A stretch of DNA of 61,280 nt from an uncultured Chromatiales bacterium (GTDB lineage: Bacteria; Pseudomonadota; Gammaproteobacteria; SZUA-140). The DNA lies in contig CAZJKV010000001.1 of NCBI GenBank assembly GCA_964546765.1, positions 1 to 61,280 on the forward strand, written 5' to 3'. Made by a program: the position numbers and the translations under genes. This document shows positions 54,652 to 61,280 of this stretch, piece by piece (within the stretch, counting starts at the first letter, position 1; each line of letters begins with the position of its first letter). The notes under the pieces were generated by a model. It was given only the letters and a program-made list of their open reading frames with translations, had not been told where the DNA came from and did no database searches.

Positions 54652-55761
54652 ATGAAATCGTTGCCCGTCGACCACGCCTATGTGCTCGATCTGCTGAAAT
54701 CCCTGCTGACGACTCCGAGCCCGACCGGATATACCGACCGCGTCGTACATCTGGCCTGCGAGCAGCTCGAGCAACTCGGTATCGACTACGAGATCACCCG
54801 CCGCGGAGCGATACGCGCGACACTGAAGGGCGCGGTGTCGAGCCCCGACCGGGCGATCGTCGCCCATCTCGACACACTCGGCGCCATGGTCAAGGAACTG
54901 AAGCCGGACGGGCGCCTGCGTGTCGTCCCTATCGGTCACTGGAACGCGCGATTCGCCGAAGGTGCGCGTGTGACGATCTTCAGCGATTTCCGTTCCTATC
55001 GCGGCACGATCCTGCCACTAAAGGCCTCCGGCCATACCTTCGGACCCGAGATCGACAAACAGCCCTGCAACTGGGACAACCTGGAAGTGCGCATCGACGA
55101 GGTCGCGTTCAGTCTCAAGGATCTGATGCGCCTCGGCATACATGTCGGCGATATCATCGCGATCGATCCCGATCCCGAGTTCGCCGAGAACGGCTTCATC
55201 AATTCACGCCACCTGGACGACAAGGCAGGGGTTGCGATCCTGTTCGGCGTTGCAAAGGCGATCGTCGATGCCGGGATCGTTTTACCGGTCGACTGCCACC
55301 TGTTGTTCACGATCTCGGAGGAGGTCGGATCCGGGGCCTCGCACATCCTGCACCAGGATGTCGCCGAGATGGTCACCGTCGACAATGGCACGACGGCTGC
55401 GGGCCAGAACTCGAGCGAGTTCGGCGCAACGATCGCGATGGCCGACATGACCGGACCCTTCGACTACCATCTGACCCGTCGCATGCTTCAATTGTGCCAG
55501 GAGTTCGGCATAGAACATCAGCGTGACATATTCAGGTATTATCGGTCCGACAGCGCCGCCGCGGTCGAGGCGGGGAACGATCTGCGCGTTGCGCTGGTCG
55601 CCTTCGGCGTCGATGCCTCGCACGGCTACGAGCGTGTCCACTGGAACGCGCTGCAATCGCTGATTCAGTTGCTGACCGTCTATGTGCAGAGTCATCCGCT
55701 CTATGGCCGCGACCGGAACGCCCTCGGACCGCGTGCCGGCTTTCCGATTCAGCCGAGTTGA
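54652..55761 (+). CDS. M42-family peptidase of the NAGGN osmoprotectant system
   Basis: 369 aa. VAHLDTLG, NSRHLDDKAGV, ISEEVGSGA and GVDASHGYER are M42 metal-site motifs. It is the third gene after asnO-ngg. Confidence 0.85.
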   Translation: MKSLPVDHAYVLDLLKSLLTTPSPTGYTDRVVHLACEQLEQLGIDYEITRRGAIRATLKGAVSSPDRAIVAHLDTLGAMVKELKPDGRLRVVPIGHWNARFAEGARVTIFSDFRSYRGTILPLKASGHTFGPEIDKQPCNWDNLEVRIDEVAFSLKDLMRLGIHVGDIIAIDPDPEFAENGFINSRHLDDKAGVAILFGVAKAIVDAGIVLPVDCHLLFTISEEVGSGASHILHQDVAEMVTVDNGTTAAGQNSSEFGATIAMADMTGPFDYHLTRRMLQLCQEFGIEHQRDIFRYYRSDSAAAVEAGNDLRVALVAFGVDASHGYERVHWNALQSLIQLLTVYVQSHPLYGRDRNALGPRAGFPIQPS

Positions 55762-55824
55762 TCCCCGTACGATAACGTATAATACCGGCGGGCAGCCGGG
55801 GAGGCGCAGGAAGGGGTGCCATAG

Positions 55825-57195
55825 ATGTCTGAGCTACAATATGACGTAGTCGTGATCGGCAGCGGTCCGGGGGGCGAGGGCGCTGCGATGAAGGCCTCGA
55901 AGGAGGGTCGGCGCGTCGCCGTCGTCGAGGAATTCGGCGAAGTCGGCGGCAATTGCACCCACCGCGGCACGATCCCGAGCAAGACGCTGCGCCAGAATGT
56001 CCAGCTGGTACTCGAGAGCGGCGCCCGAAACGGGCAGCGCTATCCGGACTTGCTGAAGACCGCGCGCGGGGTAATCAATAAGCAGGTCAGGATGCGTACT
56101 GACTTTTACGCTCGCAACGTCGTCGAGGTCATTCACGGGCGTGCCACGTTCGCCGACGACCATACAGTCGAGGTTGCGAAGGAGGGCGGCGCCCGGGACC
56201 TGCTCAAGGCCGATGCCTTCGTCATCGCGACCGGATCCCGGCCCTACTGGCCGACGGATGTCGATTTCAGCCACCCCAGGATACTGGACAGCGACACAGT
56301 ACTCGAGCTAGACGAGAGTCCGCGCTCGATCTCGATCTACGGCGCCGGCGTCGTCGGCTGCGAGTACGCGTCGATCTTCCGCAGCCTCGGTATCAAGGTC
56401 AACTTGATCAATACCCGCAGTCAGTTATTGTCGTTTCTCGATGACGAGATCATCGATGCGCTGAGCTATCACCTGCGCGAGCAGGGTGTGCTGATTCGCC
56501 ACAACGAGGAATACGAGAAAGTCGAGGCCGACGACGATGGCGTGACCGTCCATCTCAAGTCGCAGAAGCAGATCCGGACCGATTACCTGCTGTGGGCGCA
56601 GGGACGCACCGGCAACTCGGATCGCATGGGTCTCGAGCACATCGGCGTCGCGCTCAACGAGCGAGGATCTGTCATCGTCAACGATCGCTACCAGTCCAGC
56701 CGCGAGCACATCTACGCCGTCGGAGACATCACCGGCTATCCCAATCTTGCAAGCGCGGCCTATGACCAGGGCCGTTTCGCCGCAACCCACCTCATCCACG
56801 GCGTCTGCGAGACTGGCCTCGTCGAGCATATCCCGACCGGCATCTACACGATCCCCGAGATCAGTTCGATCGGCGAGACCGAGCGCGCCCTGACCGCCGC
56901 GAAGGTCCCCTACGAGGTCGGTCATTCGCTGTTCCGGCATCTCGCACGCGCCCAGATCACGAGCAAGACTACCGGCATGCTGAAAATCCTGTTCCATCGC
57001 GAGTCGCTGAAAATACTCGGGATTCACTGCTTCGGAGCGCAGGCCGCGGAGATCATCCACATCGGGCAGGCGATCATGGCCCAGGAGGGGGACGCCAACT
57101 CGCTGATGTATTTCATCAATACCACGTTCAACTACCCGACGATGGCCGAGGCCTACCGCGTCGCGGCGCTGAACGGCCTGAATCGCGTCCAGTGA
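55825..57195 (+). CDS. sthA: Soluble (Si-specific) pyridine nucleotide transhydrogenase
   Basis: 456 aa. [17 protein letters not shown] and [13 protein letters not shown] lack the redox disulfide (CTHRG in place of CxxxxC), as in SthA/UdhA. A second GxGxxG is [12 protein letters not shown]. Confidence 0.9.
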   Translation: MSELQYDVVVIGSGPGGEGAAMKASKEGRRVAVVEEFGEVGGNCTHRGTIPSKTLRQNVQLVLESGARNGQRYPDLLKTARGVINKQVRMRTDFYARNVVEVIHGRATFADDHTVEVAKEGGARDLLKADAFVIATGSRPYWPTDVDFSHPRILDSDTVLELDESPRSISIYGAGVVGCEYASIFRSLGIKVNLINTRSQLLSFLDDEIIDALSYHLREQGVLIRHNEEYEKVEADDDGVTVHLKSQKQIRTDYLLWAQGRTGNSDRMGLEHIGVALNERGSVIVNDRYQSSREHIYAVGDITGYPNLASAAYDQGRFAATHLIHGVCETGLVEHIPTGIYTIPEISSIGETERALTAAKVPYEVGHSLFRHLARAQITSKTTGMLKILFHRESLKILGIHCFGAQAAEIIHIGQAIMAQEGDANSLMYFINTTFNYPTMAEAYRVAALNGLNRVQ

Positions 57196-57302
57196 GCGGT
57201 GAACAAGCTACCGGCGTGAACCCGGCAGCGGGGTGCGTTACAATGGCCCATCGGCATTCCGCTCCGGTAACGGTAACAACCTCAATAAAGTGAAGTAACA
57301 AG

Positions 57303-57509
57303 ATGAAAGAACTCACACGCATGATTGCCTATACCGTTGGTGCCGTCTCGGTCATCTTCATCATGATCTGGCTGACGCGGCAGGAAGGGTTGTCGGGCAG
57401 TTTCATGGTATTCGTCGCCGCGATGCTGATCATCGTCATCCCGATCACGATTGGCGTCGTGCTGGCCCGCCGTGAACGACAGCAGCGGGAGCGCAAATCC
57501 GGATCCTGA
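57303..57509 (+). CDS. Small 2-TM membrane protein
   Basis: 68 aa with two hydrophobic helices and a basic tail. It ends 2 nt before the next start. Confidence 0.5.
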   Translation: MKELTRMIAYTVGAVSVIFIMIWLTRQEGLSGSFMVFVAAMLIIVIPITIGVVLARRERQQRERKSGS

Positions 57510-57511
57510 CC

Positions 57512-58414
57512 ATGTCATTGCGAGCCCCCGCGACATGCGCGATCGCCGCGCTGCTGCTCGCATGGCTGTTTCTTCCGTTCCAGGCCGCGGCCGGCGATCA
57601 GCGGCTGTTCTGGCAGGCCGAATCCGGTAACGGCACCGTCTACCTGCTCGGCTCCCTGCATTTCGGCGACCCCTCGATGTACCCCCTGCCGGAGGCGATC
57701 GGCGACGCCCTGGCGAGCGCCGACGTGCTGGTCGTCGAAGTGAATATCACCGCCCATGCACCCGAGGCGATCGCCGAGACGATCGGCCGGCGCGGGCTCT
57801 ATCACGATAACCGGCGTCTCGATCACCTCGTGAACAGGGATACCTGGCGCGCCCTCACCGACGCCGCGGCGGAAATCGGCCTGCCAACGGCGCTGCTCGA
57901 ACGCCAGAAGCCGTGGTTCGCATCGATGACGCTGACGACGCTGGCGCTCGCGCAGCGCGGATTCCGCAGCGATCTGGGTGTCGACCTGCATGTCCTGCGT
58001 CTGGCCGCCGATGCCGGCCTGCCGGTCATCGAGCTCGAATCGGTCGAGCGGCAACTCGAACTGCTCGACGGCCTGTCCGAGCGCGGCCAGGTCCAGCTGC
58101 TCGAGCAGACGATCGGACAACTCGCGGACACCGACCGCTATTTCCGCGTCCTGCTCGACGCCTGGCTGGCGGGAGACGCCGACGGGCTCGCCGCGATACT
58201 CGTAGAGGACTTGCATGCGCCGCACGGGGACGACGAGATCTATCAGGTCCTGCTCGCCGAACGAAACCGCTCGATGCAACGCGATATCGTCGCGCTGCTC
58301 GACGAACACGACGTCGTCTTCGTCGTCGTCGGCGCCGGTCACATGGTCGGCGATGACGGTATCGTCGCGGGTTTGAGGGCAGAGGGATACCAGATCTATC
58401 AGCCGGGGCGGTGA
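57512..58414 (+). CDS. TraB/GumN-family protein (secreted)
   Basis: 300 aa. A signal peptide, then TVYLLGSLHFGD (GSxH motif) and VVVGAGHMVGDDGI. Confidence 0.85.
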   Translation: MSLRAPATCAIAALLLAWLFLPFQAAAGDQRLFWQAESGNGTVYLLGSLHFGDPSMYPLPEAIGDALASADVLVVEVNITAHAPEAIAETIGRRGLYHDNRRLDHLVNRDTWRALTDAAAEIGLPTALLERQKPWFASMTLTTLALAQRGFRSDLGVDLHVLRLAADAGLPVIELESVERQLELLDGLSERGQVQLLEQTIGQLADTDRYFRVLLDAWLAGDADGLAAILVEDLHAPHGDDEIYQVLLAERNRSMQRDIVALLDEHDVVFVVVGAGHMVGDDGIVAGLRAEGYQIYQPGR

Positions 58415-58523
58415 GGAAGGGATGTCCTTGTCCCTGACCGTCGGCCGCAGGGATGCGGCCGTCGAGCGTACAGGGACGTATTTACAGCGTGTCAGGGACA
58501 AGGACATCCCTTCCTCACCGCCC
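58406..58523. repeat. 118-nt palindromic element: perfect 33-bp inverted repeat around a structured 52-nt loop
   Basis: 58406-58438 (gggcggtgaggaagggatgtccttgtccctgac) is the exact reverse complement of 58491-58523. The loop holds an 8-bp hairpin, cggccgca-ggga-tgcggccg. The left arm includes the TraB/GumN stop codon. Confidence 0.9.
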
Positions 58524-58615
58524 TCTCCGCCGCGGGTTTGGCGGCCCGTTCTTGTTCTCGGGTATAATGGGCGATCGATCTCGTTACCTCGCAGGGCATT
58601 CCGGAAGGGTGAGCA

Positions 58616-59875
58616 ATGACACAATCCTCTGAAAATATCGGGCAATTCTCTCTGGGCTTCTACGTCGGCGACCGCAAGACCGGCGCAGTCGCGATCGTCG
58701 ACAAGCGCAACGGCGAGGTCATCATCGAACCGATCGGCGTCGCCGCCGATACCGGGCTCGAGCAGGCGCTCAAGCCGATCTTCATCGGCCTCAGCGAGCG
58801 GCGCGACGTCATCCTGCTCGACCCTGCCACCAAGGCGATCCGGATCGAGCCCACATTTCCCGCCGACGCGTTCCCGGCCCATATCTATGATGATCCGACT
58901 TCGGAGCGCAGTTGGTTCATGAACGACGGCGACAAGCAGTCCGGCAACGATCGCCTGAACTGCGGCGATGCCGGCTCGTCGGTCACGGTCGTCGAAAACA
59001 TCGACAGCTCGAAGGTGAGATTCCTGCAGACGATCTGCGTCGGCCGCGGTCATCACCAGGCCGCCTTCAGTTACCCGTCGGACGACGCCCCCGACGTCCC
59101 GCGGCGCGCCTGGATCAGCAACCTCAAGGACGGCACGCTGTCGGTCATCGGCAATGATCCTGCCGAGGCCGACAAGTACCTCAGGCTCATCGCGACGATC
59201 AACCTGTGCGAGCCCGAGCGCGAAGAGGGTATGAGCGAAGCGGGTATCCCGAACAACGCCTTTCCGCACGGCCTCGTGTATTCACCGCTGACAGGCAGGC
59301 TCTACAACCTCAACAACGGCTACGGCAATATCGCGATCATCGATCCGCGCAGCAACGAAATCGAAAGGCGCATCCCGTTCAAGGGCCACAGCAACCTGTT
59401 CATCGCGCCGGGCGGCCGCTACATCGTCGGCCGGGGCGCCGACCGCAAGTCCGATCCTGACCATGTCATAGCGAAACTCAGCGTACTCGACGTCACCGAC
59501 CTCAGCATCACCGATCGGATGGATCTGCCGGACATCTACATCAGCAAGTACTATTTCAACTCCGACGGCACCAAGCTCTATCTGACGACCTCGAGTTCCG
59601 GCAGTCCCGAGCAGCAGAAGAACATCAAGCAGGACGCACTGGTCGTCATCGATCTGTCGGCCCTGCCGAAGCTGAAGCTCGCGAAGGAACTAAGGCTCGG
59701 CGCCTCCTCGGGATCGCTGGCATTCATCAAGTCGGCGGCCGGCAAGGACCTGGTGTTCTCGTCAAACTCGGAAGACGGCAGCCTCGCCGTCATAGACGGC
59801 ATCAGAGACGAGATCGTCGACGTCATACCCGTGATGGACGGGCAGGGACATTCGAGGGTGTGGAGCCTGGCTTGA
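58616..59875 (+). CDS. Beta-propeller repeat protein (YVTN/YncE-like)
   Basis: 419 aa. Recurrent ..G.L.VID.. units (GAVAIVDKRNGEV, GTLSVIGNDP, GNIAIIDPRSNEI, LSVLDVTD, ALVVIDLS, GSLAVIDGIRDEI). Confidence 0.6.
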   Translation: MTQSSENIGQFSLGFYVGDRKTGAVAIVDKRNGEVIIEPIGVAADTGLEQALKPIFIGLSERRDVILLDPATKAIRIEPTFPADAFPAHIYDDPTSERSWFMNDGDKQSGNDRLNCGDAGSSVTVVENIDSSKVRFLQTICVGRGHHQAAFSYPSDDAPDVPRRAWISNLKDGTLSVIGNDPAEADKYLRLIATINLCEPEREEGMSEAGIPNNAFPHGLVYSPLTGRLYNLNNGYGNIAIIDPRSNEIERRIPFKGHSNLFIAPGGRYIVGRGADRKSDPDHVIAKLSVLDVTDLSITDRMDLPDIYISKYYFNSDGTKLYLTTSSSGSPEQQKNIKQDALVVIDLSALPKLKLAKELRLGASSGSLAFIKSAAGKDLVFSSNSEDGSLAVIDGIRDEIVDVIPVMDGQGHSRVWSLA

Positions 59876-59879
59876 GCAT

Positions 59880-60740
59880 GTGTCGATGCAGCCGGAACCG
59901 CTAGATCCCAGATGGGGCAAGCCCGATCGCACCCATGATCCCTTCGCCCTTGCCAATTTCAGGCCGCGTTCGACCGACATCCTGATCACGACCGCGCCCA
60001 AGGCCGGCACGACCTGGATGCAGCAGATCCTGCACCAGCTCCGGAGCGGCGGCGATGACGATTTCGAATCGATTTTCGATGTCGTTCCATGGATAGAATA
60101 TCCTGATCCGGATCGCAGCTGGCAGGTACGCATCGAGGAATTCGAGCGTCTGCCCGATCCCCGGATCTTCAAGACCCACTGTACCCGGGAGCAGACCCCC
60201 GGGCTCGACATCGTCCGCATCGTGCTGACCTCACGCGATCCGCGCGACTGCTGTGTCAGCATGTATCACCACCAGATGAATCTCAGCGACGCCGCGCGCG
60301 CGGCATTCGGCCTGTCGCCGCCGGCTTCCTTCGACGAATTCTTCGAGCGCTGGATGACTTTCGGCGCATGGTATCGCAATGTCGCGAGCTGGTGGCCGCA
60401 CCGCGACGCGCCGAATCTCCTGTGGCTGCGCTACGAAGACCTCGTCTCCGATCTGGAGCAGGGCGTCGACCGCCTGCTCGCCTTCCTTGGCTGGGATCTC
60501 GACACTAATGCGCGGGTGCGGGTGCTCGAATACTGTTCGTTCGACTGGATGAAACGGCATTCCGACCGCTTTACGACCCGGCTGCCCTCGGGAGAATCGG
60601 CATTCAGGCCGAAGTCCTTCATCCGCAAGGGAGCGGTCGGTGATCACGCCGGCCGTTTGAGCGCGGCGCAGGCGCAATCGATCATCGATCGGGCGAGGCG
60701 GGAGCTTCCTCCTGATTGTATTGCCTTTCTCGGGCTTTGA
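59880..60740 (+). CDS. PAPS-dependent sulfotransferase-domain protein
   Basis: 286 aa. 5'-PSB motif TAPKAGTTWMQQIL and 3'-PB-like TSRDPRDCCVS, with RKGAVGDH near the C-terminus. The start is GTG at 59880 or ATG at 59886. Confidence 0.85.
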   Translation: MSMQPEPLDPRWGKPDRTHDPFALANFRPRSTDILITTAPKAGTTWMQQILHQLRSGGDDDFESIFDVVPWIEYPDPDRSWQVRIEEFERLPDPRIFKTHCTREQTPGLDIVRIVLTSRDPRDCCVSMYHHQMNLSDAARAAFGLSPPASFDEFFERWMTFGAWYRNVASWWPHRDAPNLLWLRYEDLVSDLEQGVDRLLAFLGWDLDTNARVRVLEYCSFDWMKRHSDRFTTRLPSGESAFRPKSFIRKGAVGDHAGRLSAAQAQSIIDRARRELPPDCIAFLGL

Positions 60741-61209
60741 TCGCGTCGACCTCGCCGCGCAGCAGCCGCCTGCCGAGCGCGGCGACCCGGTTCCGGTAGG
60801 CGGCTACGGTACTGTCGTGTTCCCCGCCGCCAGGTGCGGCAATCAGCTCTTCCTGTTCTTCGGGCGTGATCTCGTCCAGTGTCATGAGATAGACCTTCAG
60901 GGCCTTGCGCGGGTTTTCGATGATCTTGTGACGGAAGTGATTCGCGATGAAGAACAGGATGAAGGCCATGTACGGCATGAACAGCGCGACGACCGCGAGG
61001 AAGGTCGGGCTGGTTTCGGGATCGCGCACCGCGGGGACGATGACGGTCAACTGAAACGTGATCAGCAGGATGATCGCGACAAAGGCGGCGATCAAGAAGG
61101 GGATGAGTTTTTTCTGAATCGCGTCCCGTTCCTTTTCGACCCGGTCGCGCTCGGCCGCGATTTCGTCCCTGGCGGGTGGCGCGCCGCTGATATCGAATTT
61201 GAAGGCCAT
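60682..61209 (-). CDS. Hypothetical membrane protein (2 TM)
   Basis: 175 aa with two TM helices (LIPFLIAAFVAIILLITFQLTVIV and FLAVVALFMPYMAFILFFIA). Its 3' end overlaps the sulfotransferase 3' end. Confidence 0.5.
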   Translation of the reverse strand: MAFKFDISGAPPARDEIAAERDRVEKERDAIQKKLIPFLIAAFVAIILLITFQLTVIVPAVRDPETSPTFLAVVALFMPYMAFILFFIANHFRHKIIENPRKALKVYLMTLDEITPEEQEELIAAPGGGEHDSTVAAYRNRVAALGRRLLRGEVDAIKARERQYNQEEAPASPDR

Positions 61210-61225
61210 CTTCCCCGGTACAGAT

Positions 61226-61280
61226 TGGTGGAGCCGAGGAGGATCGAACTCCCGACCTTCGCATTGCGAACGCGACGCTC
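61226..61280 (-). tRNA. tRNA-Ala (anticodon CGC), 3' portion only; the 5' end lies beyond the window
   Basis: The reverse complement reads ...TCGCG-TTCGCAA-TGCGA-AGGTC-GGGAG-TTCGATC-CTCCT-CGGCTCC-ACCA. It has anticodon loop TTCGCAA, a canonical T arm, and U70 placed to form the Ala identity pair G3:U70. Confidence 0.8.

Noticed and set aside
55383-55400. TGGCAC-N5-CTGCG sigma54-like match, plus other TGGCAC occurrences near 39360, 40027 and 51787
   Set aside because: All lie inside coding regions with a poor -12 element and no downstream gene start, so they are most likely chance matches.
58406-58523. Calling the palindromic element a MITE or mobile element outright
   Set aside because: There is no target-site duplication, no second copy in the window and no transposase. 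It is reported as a repeat of unknown nature.
58422-58619. 65-aa ORF (MSLSLTVGRRD...DKDIPSSPP) inside the palindromic element
   Set aside because: The same peptide-like string appears on both strands only because the DNA is a perfect inverted repeat, so it is an artefact of the palindrome.
57515-59269. 584-aa minus-strand ORF
   Set aside because: It is antisense to the TraB/GumN and beta-propeller genes and reads straight through the 118-nt palindrome. It has no domain signature.

Overview
GC-rich (about 60-65% by eye, not computed) bacterial chromosomal segment. Gene content suggests Gammaproteobacteria: a GlrK/QseG/GlrR-type module, SthA and RluE. I call about 60 protein genes, one complete tRNA-Leu(UAG) and one edge-truncated tRNA-Ala(CGC). 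I see no rRNA, transposase, integrase, phage genes or cas genes. Most long ORFs on the opposite strand of real genes are high-GC shadow ORFs. Content in order: rubrerythrin / CCG-type Fe-S protein / DUF3501; lexA; a cspA-RRM-glrK-qseG-glrR string; an R3H AAA ATPase; a SLOG protein and an APH-like kinase, each paired with a small unknown ORF; an Anbu (proteasome-like) locus with circularly permuted ATP-grasp, alpha-E, an HExxH zinc-ribbon peptidase, LOG and VOC genes; rluE, tRNA-Leu and an SLC13 permease; yajD; a class V aminotransferase with a GlxA regulator; methyltransferases; Kelch, DUF924 and SRAP proteins; a DsbA-like::NhaA fusion; an RND pump pair; a small glycan-type operon; a Na/Pi transporter; NUDIX and an L,D-transpeptidase; a five-gene amidoligase/peptidase operon (M42-like, C39-like, RLAN-RimK ATP-grasp, GCS2, FGase) divergent from the NAGGN osmolyte operon (asnO-ngg-M42); sthA; TraB/GumN; a beta-propeller protein and a sulfotransferase. 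The best candidate for an undescribed system is the 45.5-50.9 kb amidoligase/peptidase operon and its back-to-back pairing with the NAGGN genes. The next candidates are the transglutaminase-less Anbu locus, a 118-nt element with a perfect 33-bp inverted repeat at 58.4 kb, an alpha-type GAAC-N7-GAAC candidate LexA box, and an RRM gene sitting where enterics carry glmY upstream of glrK. All functional calls come from reading the translations and recognising motifs. No database search was run.
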